DNA of 62,793 bases, counting the filler, from Basidiobolus ranarum (taxonomy: Eukaryota), in the NCBI GenBank assembly GCA_040143965.1. It is 48 parts of 48 records of this genome, joined end to end, with 100 filler letters (N's around TTAATTAATTAA, not from the genome) between each part and the next. Parts side by side here need not be neighbours in the genome. Positions count along the whole stretch, not along the records: positions 1 to 1,215 come from JASJQH010012841.1; positions 1,316 to 2,530 come from JASJQH010012842.1; positions 2,631 to 3,845 come from JASJQH010012843.1; positions 3,946 to 5,160 come from JASJQH010012844.1; positions 5,261 to 6,474 come from JASJQH010012845.1; positions 6,575 to 7,788 come from JASJQH010012846.1; positions 7,889 to 9,102 come from JASJQH010012847.1; positions 9,203 to 10,416 come from JASJQH010012848.1; 40 more parts are not named here. One strand, 5' to 3'. The notes under the pieces were generated by a model that worked only from the letters and a program-made list of their open reading frames with translations, ran no database searches and was not told where the DNA came from. A program made the translations under genes and the position numbers. Positions 1 to 11,829 of the stretch are shown here, piece after piece; positions within the stretch are counted from its first letter, which is position 1, and each line of letters starts with the position of its first letter.

Positions 1-1215
1 CACTGCAGGTGCGCTCCATTGGGAACTCCCAGAATGTATAGCAAAGGCCTATAATCTCTAAGCATTGTGAAAGATGCAGCAGGGAATTTATTGAATACCA
101 GCATAGATTCAGTCTATCTTCTTTAAACCTGTAGTGAAGTTTTTCATATCCAATTATAAAATCTTTGCACAGTTGCTGTATCTGCCTGAGATCTGCCAAT
201 GTGAGTTGATGCTGTAAGAATATATTAACAATATCCACAAACAACTCCCAATGTTGCCAATACTTATCAAGCAGAAATCTTTTCAAGATTTCACTTGCAT
301 ATATACAAATCCAATACTTCCAGTCTTTGCACTTGAATAAACACCTAGATGAGTGGACATTGATGGGAGTCCTGGTAAAATATGATGGTATCTTGATGTT
401 TTCAAGCATTTTCCCAATTTATTCAAATTTTCATCCTATCTCAAATGGCTCACTCATATTGAATTTTCCACTATGTAGCTGAGTGAGTAGTATTGGAATG
501 TTGTTGAATAGTAAGTGCATAGTGACTAATGGGAAGCTCTGGCTCCAGCTGAGCCCCTTTAGCAATATAATCTTAGGCTTATTGCTAATACCAAGTTTGA
601 TGTTAGACTGACTATTTGGTGAATTGATATCAGTGATCATGTTGAAATCTGACCAGGCTCTTGATAGTAAAATCATGAAGTTTAGTGTTGTATTTGGATA
701 GTAGTAATGCATATGCCTGTTAGAGTAAACTCCATTGATTTGACAAAATCTACAGCAAGATAGTGCATTGTGCCCACAAAAACCTCCAAGTTTACTGATG
801 GCAGGAGTGTCACCAATATATATAATGATATTAGCTTTAATAAAACATTCATCCATCTGAACCCCATAAGATAACCGTACAAATTCCGGAATCAAAGGCT
901 CCAAGAAGGTATCTATAAGCACTGGTGGACTTGTTCTCTGTGATAGTGCCAGATTGTGCTATATATATCATATTGGATAAATTATTCTAAAATTTATGTG
1001 GCACAATTTGGCACTATCCATCACCCTCTGGCATGATCAGCTTTAATGACACTTAATCTAATATATTGATCTAAGGTCCAATAAATCCTGGCACAATGGA
1101 ACAAGTCCGGTGATTTAGGTCCAGCTATGATGGATAGTATCAAAATATTATGACTCTTATACTGTTCAGAAGGAGGAAGATTTAAGTTGATTAAAATTAT
1201 TGGCCAGCAAGCCAT
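1..1215 (-). mobile_element. CMC/CACTA (En/Spm-like, Transposase_21-type) transposase fragment, decayed, interrupted by a MITE
   Basis: Motifs WPIILINLNLPP, IIAGPKSP, FLEPL, GDTPAISKLGGFCGHNALSCCRFC, and YTFWEFPMERTC at 1-50. Confidence 0.88.
927..1108. mobile_element. 182-bp MITE with GGACTTGTTC...GAACAAGTCC inverted ends and 3-bp TSD (GGT)
   Basis: 10-bp TIRs; GGT at 924-926 and 1109-1111; the empty site ACTGGTGATTTAGG is seen in another transposase copy near 46528-46541; second 182-bp copy at 22641-22822. Confidence 0.9.
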
Positions 1216-1315
1216 NNNNNNNNNNNNNNNNNNNNNNNNNNNNNNNNNNNNNNNNNNNNTTAATTAATTAANNNNNNNNNNNNNNNNNNNNNNNNNNNNN
1301 NNNNNNNNNNNNNNN
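1216..1315. other. Artificial contig spacer N44-TTAATTAATTAA-N44 (first of 47, recurring about every 1.3 kb)
   Basis: Identical 100-nt block with stops in all six frames; flanking contigs are unrelated and sorted by decreasing length. Confidence 0.98.
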
Positions 1316-2300
1316 TATATTGTATGCTACAATGTGTGAGAATGTGGGCCATCCTCTTTCTGGTTTTTCATTGACTGCTTGCTCTTCATCAAAAATGGGA
1401 GAAATATCACAGACTCTCCAAGCTGGCATTGCTGTCAATGTACGCTACCAGCTGATGAAACAACTTGTTGGGCTCTTGCCCTTGTTGGAGGTGTTACTCA
1501 ATTCTAGTAGTGAGATGTGTAGATTTGTCTTGTGAAATACATATCTGTCAGGAGTCTCTTCAATTTGGAGTGATCTAGTACATCTGTGCAACAGTATAGA
1601 CTGCTCCAAGTTGACTTCAGGAATAACTTCTAATTCAATACATTGTCTTGCTTTCTCTTTACACCCCTGTTGATTACTCTTGCCATAGTGTCCTGAAATG
1701 TTGTTTTGAACTCTGCAACCTTGATCAACAGTTGCTGCAAAGTCTCATTGAGTAATGGTAGATATCTATTTAGAACATCATTTGTCTCTAAAGTTGAGGC
1801 TGCAATGGTTGCTTCTGGTCCATACAAGCAAAAATGCAACTGGTATTGTGTCTTTGCACACTCAAAATCAAAATTCCTATTTCTCAATTCAGGCTTTCTA
1901 TCCTCATGAGTCTTATTGTATATTTTCTTGCAAACTTCTGAAGGCATGATGATATAGTATTTTCTCCAAAGCAGAGGTGGAAGTTGCTTCCACTTTTGTC
2001 TAATGCCCCCTTGCCCAGCTTCTGTTAAGTTTAGTAATAACTCCCATATATGCAGGCAAGAATTCATAGTAGATACCTGTGCATCTGTAAAATCATTAGG
2101 CATGCACTGCTTTGCTCCACCGACACTTTCATTTGACTGCATGTGCAAAATTTTGGAAGTGGTGGTTTCCTATACCAAAGTAAGTTGTGAATCAGGAAGA
2201 ATCTGTTTTGAAACGATGCATGCCTACCTTATATATCTATGATGTTAGACTTTATTGGTTACAATGTCAAAGTTAATTTCCTATAGGGTGATCAAGCCAT
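1316..2300 (-). repeat. Decayed multicopy ORF of unknown function (homolog at 28228-28789)
   Basis: Clear nucleotide homology to 28228-28789 including the upstream region; CpG-poor; no recognisable domain. Confidence 0.6.
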
Positions 2301-2388
2301 TTTGGAAACAGTTCATTTTAATTATTTGGTATATTTAACAAAAGTACCTTAGATATTATTGCACATTCAAAAGATGATGAATGCTTTA

Positions 2389-2530
2389 CCATAACAAAAA
2401 TAAAATCAATTTGATCCAGATTGGATCCACCCTCTGAAATAGCAAAACCATCAGAGAACTGTCACAATATTGTTGGCTTGCATTCTGCCAGGGATTTAGA
2501 TGGTGTGATGGCGGCTTCTTGATGGTATCT
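2389..2530 (-). mobile_element. CMC element right terminus
   Basis: CCATAACAAAAATAAAATCAATTTGATCC matches the other right ends. Confidence 0.85.
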
Positions 2531-3453
2531 NNNNNNNNNNNNNNNNNNNNNNNNNNNNNNNNNNNNNNNNNNNNTTAATTAATTAANNNNNNNNNNNNNN
2601 NNNNNNNNNNNNNNNNNNNNNNNNNNNNNNAAAGTAGCAACACAATGTTAATGACTCCAAGGAGCATGCGGAGTTATTCCTGAAAATGGAATATTCTATC
2701 GCTTATCTTAATTTAGCAATGCCAGCAGCTGATTGCGGATGGAATATTTTAGCACCCTACCTCCCTCCCACTCGCTTACCCATGGAAAGCATGTTTGTGA
2801 ACCGAACATTCAGTTTGTACCGACTTAATCTAGTAAGCCATGCTCTTCGGTAAATAGAAGCCTCCACAGGGTGTGCAATACAAATATCGTAGATTTGCCA
2901 AAAGGGGGCAAAAGGGGGCAATAGGGGCCAAAAGAGAAATAGATATCAAATGATTTGTTCTGATACACTTGATCTATCATTCCATAGCAGCTTTTCTTTT
3001 CCGTAGATTTTCCTTATTACGATCTGGAACTAGGGTTAGTAAATATTATGCCTAATCTTCTTCCGCTTGTCAACAAGGTTTTGATGAAATGTTCTTGGAA
3101 TATGATTGCCCGATTAAGTAACATATTACGATTAAGAATATAATATGATTGACATATTAAGTAAGACATCGTGATCATGAAGTTAGGACTTTTATGTGGT
3201 TTAATATCCGTAATGTAAATATAGTCGTACATATTGGCCTGATTTTTCTATCATTCTATAAAGTGGTGCATTGTGGAACTATAACGGGGTGTAATGTGGA
3301 GGGCAATGAAAACATTTGTACAAGTTTCTAGATCGAATAGATAGCGCAGCAAACTCTGAAGTGCTATATTTGTTTCAGATAATTTCCGATACCTTAGTCA
3401 GGGTTAGGAGATTGTTGAGTAAGTTTAACATGGATGCTTTGTAACTTAGCTTA

Positions 3454-3845
3454 GGGGGATGAAAAGCACCAGATGGTGTGGACTTTATTTAGCTTAAATA
3501 CCAATCTAAATAAAGTGACAATCAAGACATCAATCTTTTAAGATATTGTGACAATACTGAATCTTATCCATACTTAACCTGATGACCAATGTAAACAAGC
3601 TCAGAGGATGTAAATATAGTGTTAAGGGGCAAAGGTGGTTAGGGTATAGATGTTCTGGTAAGGGTAAGGGAGGGTAAGGATGAAAAGAGGGGTCTGGGGG
3701 ATGCAGTCCTCCCAGTATAAAAAGAAAGCAGGGTGTTTGGGGGATGCAATCCCCCATGTACACCCTTCTCACAATATACTCAAGTCACTAGTATATGGGA
3801 AGAATTGGGCTTGCCCAAATTTTCCAAAGGTCAGATCTCTGACCT
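3454..3845 (-). mobile_element. Putative SINE-like/non-autonomous retroelement: hairpin-rich head plus the LINE 3' end
   Basis: 3454-3639 matches LINE 16725-16910; 3640-3845 does not match the visible LINE and holds five stem-loops. Confidence 0.55.
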
Positions 3846-3945
3846 NNNNNNNNNNNNNNNNNNNNNNNNNNNNNNNNNNNNNNNNNNNNTTAATTAATTA
3901 ANNNNNNNNNNNNNNNNNNNNNNNNNNNNNNNNNNNNNNNNNNNN

Positions 3946-5129
3946 TTAAACCAGTCTAAGTATATCCTAGATATACTACAGAAGTATAAAATGGAAGAAT
4001 AAAATCCAGTATCTACCCCAATGGAGACAAATCTTAACTTGACCAAAAATGGCTCAAATCAGATATTGTTGGATTCAAATGAAAGCCAGAAATTTCCTTA
4101 TCAATCTATGGTTGGTAGTTTGATGTATATCATGGTTGCAACATGGCCAGATATTGCATATTCTGAGGGAGTTATGTGCCAATATTTTCAAAATTATGGA
4201 TCTGATCAAATCATAGCAGTCAAGTGGATTTTCAGATATTCAAAAGGTACTGTGGATCTGTGCTTAAAATACACATATTCTGGATCAAACTTTGATCTGA
4301 TGGTATATTCAGATGCAAATTGGGGAAGAGATATTGAAGACATGAGATCTACAACAAGATACTTATTTCTTTGCTGTAATGGAGCTATATCTTGGAATTC
4401 AAAGAAACAACCTACCATAGCACTTTCAACAACAGAAGCTTAATACAGGGCTGCCTGTGAAGCAACAAAAGAAGCAATATGGGTAAGAAAACTCTTGACA
4501 GACTTGAATTATTCTCAAAATTAACCAACTACAATATTTCTAGATGATCAAAGTTGTATCTAATTAGCTAAAAATTCCATGTTTCATAATAGCAGCAAAC
4601 ATATAGATATTAAGCATCACTTCATTAGAGAGACTATGGAGAACAAGTTTATTGACTTGACTTATTGTTCTACAGAAGAAATGATTGCTGATATATTAAC
4701 CAAAACATTAGCTAGACAGAAATTAGAGAAATTTAGACCTTTGTTAGGATTAGTTTGTATGACTATTTAGTTGAAGGAGAGTGTTGAAATTAGCATTGCC
4801 CAAACATCTATAGAGTAATATATAACTTAGTATTTAGTTATCTTATAATTCAATAAGATATTATCCATTATTCTCAATTGGCATCTACTTAAAATACTTT
4901 TACCAACTTAGAAGTTCTCAGATATATAGATTTTTCAAACTTGTCCTAGAAGCCCAAAACTTTGCACACATGTTTCTGGGACCTTCCTTAACACATTCTA
5001 CACATTAGTCTGTTTACATCTTGATAATACTATAAATGTCAACTCTCTACTGAATAAATCAATAAGTCAAAACCACCAATTCCTCTAATTCACTGAACCA
5101 CTTCCAACAGGCTCCCAAATACTTTAACA
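3946..5129 (+). mobile_element. Ty1/Copia RT C-terminus and RNase H, PPT and 3' LTR (LTR family A, 4782-5129)
   Basis: YQSMVGSLMY, YSDANWG, SKKQPTIALSTTEA, KHIDIKHHF, ADILTK; PPT GAAGGAGAG; LTR TGTTG...TAACA. Confidence 0.93.
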
Positions 5130-5260
5130 ATATGTACATGAACTTATCATAGCAACCAATNNNNNNNNNNNNNNNNNNNNNNNNNNNNNNNNNNNNNNNN
5201 NNNNTTAATTAATTAANNNNNNNNNNNNNNNNNNNNNNNNNNNNNNNNNNNNNNNNNNNN

Positions 5261-6075
5261 AGTAAATTCCGATTGAGAATAATTGATAATATCTTAGTGA
5301 ATTATAAGATAACTAAGTACTAAGCTATATATGACTATATAGGTGTTTAGGCAATGCTAATTTCAACATTTTGAAGTATTTTAGGAGTTTGCTAGAAGTA
5401 GTTTGGAGAACTAGCAAAATTGATGGTTTTCACTTATTGATTTTTTGAGTTGACATATACAGTTTTGTCAAAAGGTAAGCAAATAAACGTGTCAAATATG
5501 TTAAAGAAGGTCCCAAAATAATGTGTGCAAAGTTTGGGGCTTTTAGGGCAAGTTTGAAAAAATATATATATCTTCAAACTTATAAGTAAATTCCTCTTGA
5601 GGTGATATCTTAGTTCAATATGAATAACTAAATACTGAGCTATATGACTATATAGGTGTTTAAACCATGCTAATTTCAACACATCAATTCCGGATAGTTG
5701 TGTACTCTCTGTAGCTTTGTATATAACATGATACAAGTAGGAAAGTAATGATATAGTCATATATAGTCTAGTACTTAATTCTTTCATATTGACCTAAGAT
5801 ATCACTCACTTTTCTTAAGAGGAATTCATTTGGAATATTGACACCAAGTTAGAAGTTCTCAAATATATATAGACTTTTCAAACCTGTGTCAGAAGCCCCT
5901 GACTTTACACACATATTCCTGGGACATTTCTTAGCACATTCTACATGTTTTCTTGTTTGCATCTGAACAAAACTATAAATGTCATCTTTCAACTCAATAA
6001 ATCAATAAGTGAAATCCACCAATTCTTCTAGTTCTCCAAACCGCTTCCAACAAACTCGCAAAATAGTTGAATACT
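5261..6075. repeat. Cluster of family-A Copia LTRs (5261-5368 -, 5369-5681 -, about 5740-6075 +)
   Basis: Similarity to LTR 4782-5129; TTTCAACA ends at 5368 and 5681. Confidence 0.8.
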
Positions 6076-6574
6076 AACATTCAAAGCAAATAATATAGTA
6101 TTAAAAATATAAGCTTACATTAAGAGGGAATAAATAAGTATTCTTATGCAAGCCCGAGTTGTTGGCAGAAGCTTCACTGATATCAGATGTCTAACTATCA
6201 GACATTGGTTCCAGTTCGGATCTCAATTTCAAATATCTTTAACAACATCACATTGTAAATGATCTGTCATGCTGCTCAAGACAGCCTCTTAGATAAACCT
6301 TATTGAAGCATATCTTTGTAACCACAAGTAGAATAAAACAAGTCTCCAACGACTTTATTTCCAAATAAGACATTTTGTAGATTGGAATTTGGGAAACCAT
6401 TTAGTAGAAGTTGCTTTTGGAGTCAGTTTCAATACTGAGATTACTGACAGACATCAATTTATTATCTAGGAGATNNNNNNNNNNNNNNNNNNNNNNNNNN
6501 NNNNNNNNNNNNNNNNNNTTAATTAATTAANNNNNNNNNNNNNNNNNNNNNNNNNNNNNNNNNNNNNNNNNNNN

Positions 6575-7788
6575 GCCTTTGTAAAATCCCACTCTATCCC
6601 AACAATCAAGAAATCTAGTCCAGTCCTTGTAGAAGTAATTGATGGAAGGCTGCTAATATCATGTGCTTTAACACATGAGACAACCTTTATGACACTGATG
6701 TCCACTGCTCAGCAAGAAGAAATATCCTTTAATATCATTTCTTACATCACCACCTAGTCATTCTTGGTATTTAATGGCTTATGCAGCACAACCCAGTATT
6801 CAATTGGGAGAAGAAGATTATGACATTCAAGCAAACTTCACCTCCTAGTCCATATTTGCCAACCTGCAAGATATCCAACTCATCATCGGCCCTACTCCTA
6901 AATACATCTATAAAGACAATATCCATTGACAGTATTGCTGAAGAGCTGAAAGTAACAAAACCTATGGCCATTGATAGTATTGCTGAAGAGCTGAAACCAA
7001 CAAAACCTATGGTTCATAAGCTCCTACCCAAATTCCAAGCCTTTGCTGATGTCTTTGACAAGAAGAAATCTGATATACTCCCAGCTCACCACCCATATGA
7101 TTGCCCTATTGATCTATAAGAAGGAAAACAACAATTGTTTGGGCCTATATATGGGCTGATCATTCCAGAACTCAAGATTCTGAAAGAGTATATTGCAGAA
7201 AATCTGGAGTAAGAATTTTTCCAACATTCAAAGTCCCCAGCAGGCTCTGCAATCTTATTTGTTAAGAAAAAGGATGGATCCCTCCATATCTGTGTTGATT
7301 ATTGAGGCCTAAATAGCATTACAGTCAAAAATTGGTACCCCTTGCCATTAATCAACTCACTTTTGGATCAGCTTGCTTCAGCCAAGGTGTTTACAAAGAT
7401 TGATCTAGGAGGTGCTTACAATCTTGTAAGAATCAAACCTGGAGACAAATGGAAAACTGCCTTTCAAACTTGCTATGGACACTTTGAATACAATGTCATG
7501 CCATTTGGACTCACTAATGGCCCTGCAGTCTTTCAACACTTGATGAATGATATCTTTGGAGAGTATCTTGACCAATTTGTGGTAATCTACCATGACAATA
7601 TCTTAATCTTTTCAAGCTCTCAAGAGAGAAATGGAAAACTGCCTTTCAAACTTCCTATGGACACTTTGAATACAATGTCATGCCATTTGGACTCACTAAT
7701 GGCCCTGCAGTCTTTTAACACTTGATGAATGATATCTTTGGAGAGTATCTTGACCAATTTGTCGTAATCTACCTTGATGATATCTTGG
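6575..7788 (+). mobile_element. Ty3/Gypsy protease-RT fragment with a 182-bp internal tandem duplication
   Basis: FTKIDLxGAYN, [22 protein letters not shown]; 7444-7620 repeated at 7626-7788. Confidence 0.92.
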
Positions 7789-7888
7789 NNNNNNNNNNNN
7801 NNNNNNNNNNNNNNNNNNNNNNNNNNNNNNNNTTAATTAATTAANNNNNNNNNNNNNNNNNNNNNNNNNNNNNNNNNNNNNNNNNNNN

Positions 7889-8364
7889 ATATCTACTGTG
7901 CCATCCCTTCTTGGCAATCTGGTGTCAGGTCATCCAGATTACCTTATATGGAAGTCATGTTCTTTGGAAAACTCCATGAAACCTGACCAAGTATGTCATC
8001 CCACACATAGTGTATTTCCACCAAGACCTTCCATGTAAGGTCACCTGATCATCCTTACATCATTCTTGCATCATCCCTCTTTGTAATGGTCCCAGTAGTC
8101 CCTAACACCCCAACTCTCAAACTTGCCACAGTATATTCCCTATTCAGTATATTATGTTTCACCTTGCAATATCTATATAAGCATCATGTATTCCTTGATC
8201 AGACTGAGGTCTGATCAATGCCAGTTATCAACAAAGATTCTTCCCAAAGTATCTTCCTTGTCCAGTCTTGTCTTATCTTGTCTTGTGGTCTACACCAAAG
8301 TATGCTCCTGCCTTCTAGCCTCTTGTCATTGTTCCGAGTCCTTGTCCAGTTCCTTATTGTGACA
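7889..8364 (+). repeat. LTR with TGTCA...TGACA ends (5' part at 44271-44500)
   Basis: Ends in TGACA at 8364; homolog starts TGTCA at 44271; TATATAA near 8174. Confidence 0.75.
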
Positions 8365-8740
8365 GATTTACTCCAAGTTGGAAAAGAACAAAGTGCCATT
8401 AAAACAATATGTCTTAATGTTAAATACAATTTGCTAATTCATTATTCTAGAGGTAAAACTGTCACAATGGTATGGAAAGCCCTGAAAGACACCTGACAGA
8501 CAAGTTCTGCTGCCTACAAGATGTCACTAAGAAAACAATTCTTTAACTTGAAGATAAAGCCAGCAGAAAACATTAAACCACTAATTAATAGGGTTACTAA
8601 TTTAGTGGATGAAATTGAAAGCATTGGGGTACCTATTACTGATCAAAATATCATAGTTATGATCCTGAATAGCCTGCCACAGGGGTTTCAGAACCTGGTA
8701 ATAGCTCTGGAATCAAGAACTAAAAATTTGACCTTAAATT
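8365..8740 (+). mobile_element. Ty1/Copia gag fragment
   Basis: LRKQFFNLK...LVDEIESIG...ILNSLPQGFQNLVIALE. Confidence 0.85.
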
Positions 8741-9202
8741 AGTCTTGTTCCATTTTATTGAGCCACATCAGGCCAGCTAAGGAGTGCCCTAGCACAAATT
8801 GGCAAGATTAGGCACTATCTGATAAAATGTAATTTATCATTTCAGAAAAAGTAGTTTTGTGTATGTGATGCATTTAGGAAGAGTACTTTTAGGCATTTTT
8901 TCATATTTAATAGATGATGAACATTTTATTCATAGTGTGTTAAGTCTAGAGCTCTCAATAGATATCATTGAGTATGAATGTATTGAAAATAAATCAAGAT
9001 TTTGACTACTTTGCCTAACTTTGATTGAGGCCCACAAAATGATTTTTCTCTATACTTTCCTGCTACAATGCTATATCTCTTTAGGAAACCAAAGCTATGT
9101 TCNNNNNNNNNNNNNNNNNNNNNNNNNNNNNNNNNNNNNNNNNNNNTTAATTAATTAANNNNNNNNNNNNNNNNNNNNNNNNNNNNNNNNNNNNNNNNNN
9201 NN

Positions 9203-10255
9203 TGTTTCCAAAAAAGCATCTATCTTGCTATCCCAAGCTCATGGTGATTGTTTTAAGCCATAGACTGTTTTCCAGAGTCTGCAAACTTTTTCAGGGTTTT
9301 CTGGGTCCAAATATCTATCTGGCTGGTTCATACAGATCTCCTCAGCAAGCTCACCATTCAAAAAGGCAGTTTTAACATCTATTTGAAGTATAATAAACTG
9401 ATATTTAGATGAAATTGCTAAAATCAATCTAATAAAGTTAAACTTTGCTACAGAAGCAAAAGTTTCTTTGTAATCTATTTCTGGTGCTTGGGAATAGCAT
9501 TTGGCTTCTACTCTAGCCTTGAAACATTTTATATTGTCATCAGAGTTGATCTTTATTTTAAACACCCATTGGCAGCCAATTGATTTTCTTACATCAGGTA
9601 AGTTGGTCAAAATCAAAGTTTGATTATCAATCAAAGGCTGGTACTCATCCACTATTGAAGATCATCAAAATTTATTTTAGAGTCATTTGGGGTCTCTTTT
9701 ACTCTCTGGGGTTCATGTATTTGAGCTGTGCAGGCATAGGCCTAATTTTGGCACACATTAATATAATAATCAGAGCTATTTCTGTTCCAATTACACCTCC
9801 TGGCTAGGCATAGAGTATTACAGCTTTTGGCATTGTTTGGGCACTTCAGTGTTCACAATTCTGGTTGAAGGGTCAACAGGAGTGCAATTTTCTTTATTGT
9901 TTTGGTTGGAATCAATTGAAAAAATTGGATCAGGAGCACACTGATTTCAACATCATCTGAGCCCATTTTGGGTGAAAATGTTTCATTTTCATTAGACAAT
10001 GCATCCCTGAATTTGATCAACTTTCAATATTTGGTATCACAGAATCTGTAGGTTTAAGTTTGAGTGCAATCACCCAGAAAAATGCATATCATACTTGTTG
10101 GATCAAATTTAAACTGACTTTAAGCCATGATTTTGATATAAGAAATGCATCCAAAGACTCTCAAATGTTTTACATCTGGTTTAGCTCCAAACCAAGCTGC
10201 ATATGGTGTAGTGTCAGACAGACATCTGTTAAAACTCCAATTCTTTAGACATACA
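9203..10255 (-). mobile_element. Ty1/Copia integrase C-terminus and RT N-terminus, decayed
   Basis: IGCQWVFKIK, FKARVEAK, IDYKETF, QIDVKTAFLNGEL, YGLKQSP. Confidence 0.9.
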
Positions 10256-10416
10256 CCCTAACAGAAATTTGAGGATTGTTATGTAGGAAAACCGTCACAA
10301 TTCTGATCCATTTGGGATTGACCGTTTACTTACCGTCATAAAATCATCAAGTTAGATTTGATTTTAATCAATTTTTTCAGTTTCAGGAGTGAAATTTCAA
10401 GATCTTGCAAAATAGT
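10256..10416 (+). mobile_element. CMC element left terminus inserted in Copia integrase
   Basis: CCCTAACAGAAATTTGAGG followed by ACCGTCA subterminal repeats. Confidence 0.88.
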
Positions 10417-11829
10417 NNNNNNNNNNNNNNNNNNNNNNNNNNNNNNNNNNNNNNNNNNNNTTAATTAATTAANNNNNNNNNNNNNNNNNNNNNNNNNNNN
10501 NNNNNNNNNNNNNNNNTTCTAATACATCATTTTTAGCAACTGTGACTTGCAGTAAGCCTCATTCTGCCATTACTTCAGGATTTGCTACCCAGATTCCCCA
10601 GAGTGAAGACAAAGATTGTTGATTCTTACTACTGATATATCATTTGTTTCTCTTCTAGCCTTGGTCAATTCCTTCCTTATTAGGGTGGGAAACTTCTTAA
10701 ATGTGGACTTTCTTACTCTTGCACTTATTGTTGGATATTTATTCTATCCTTTCATGTGGGTGTTCTAAGTGCCAATTTACTAACTATTGCCACCAACATA
10801 TTTGTCAATGAATTCACAACATTTTTAGATTAACTACTGCAGGTATACAGGGAAATATAAATTCCAAAACTATCATGAAAACAAGACATACACTTAACAG
10901 AAGATAGCAAAAGAAGGCAGCCTAGAAGTTGTGAAGACAATGACCAATGAGGTTCCATGTAATCTTGCCAGCATTGCTAAATCAAGTATAACCAGCCTTG
11001 CTAATCAACTCAGCAGCCATGTTTCCATACTTTGTTACAGTGCCCTCAACAAAGTAGGACTACAGATAGATCAAATTTAGTACACCTTGGTCATGATTCT
11101 CTAACAAACAGGTGAACAGAGCAAATATTTTACTTGGTACGGCTTATTTCCCTTGTCATGGCAACAGAGCCAGCAGATAGTCTTCTTGTTATTTTGACCA
11201 TATTGAAACAACTACAAGGGAGAACTTTTCACCATCTGGTTTCTTGTGCTAGAACTCCTCAAGCTTGCTGCTTGGATGTAGATTAAGTCCTCATCACCTT
11301 GAGTCATAATTGCTGTTAGTATATTTGGATATTGGGAAAAATGTAAGAAGAAGGAGAGTCATACCCTTGGTCTTCTTAATGAACTTGCAAATGTAGTACT
11401 TCTCTTTGCAAGTCCAATGCTTCTGGCTCCATGTAAGCATTTGCACCTTTTGTCCAAGGTATTGAGCTGGAACATACCTTTTTCAGCCACCATTTTGAGG
11501 ATTTCTATAGGTCTCAGAAGGTAAATATGCAAAGTGTAAATAGAAAAATGATGTTGTGATGAGAAGAGATATAGAATGGCTTTTTATAGACTTGTTGGAC
11601 AAGTACTTGATGATGTAATCATGATCATAGGCTGCTTTGAGAGGAGTATTAACAATAAAGTAAACTTTCATTCATCACTTATTGCAATGATGCTGATCTA
11701 AGATAGCTAGGATTGAGCAGGATACATGANNNNNNNNNNNNNNNNNNNNNNNNNNNNNNNNNNNNNNNNNNNNTTAATTAATTAANNNNNNNNNNNNNNN
11801 NNNNNNNNNNNNNNNNNNNNNNNNNNNNN

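Noticed and set aside
2897-2934. Short GGGGGCAAAA-type repeat
   Set aside because: Three degenerate units only, with no supporting context.
3017-3232. 71-aa ORF and its upstream frame
   Set aside because: No motif and interrupted by stops upstream; not supportable as a gene.
3570-3640. CTGATGA as a hammerhead ribozyme core
   Set aside because: No correctly placed GAAA or stem II, and it is antisense to LINE coding sequence.
7444-7788. Duplicated RT core as a two-domain RT
   Set aside because: The 182-bp duplication shifts the frame in an already dead copy.
10256-10262. CCCTAAC/GTTAGGG as telomeric repeat or telomere-healing sites
   Set aside because: Always a single unit followed by conserved subterminal sequence; it is the CMC TIR.
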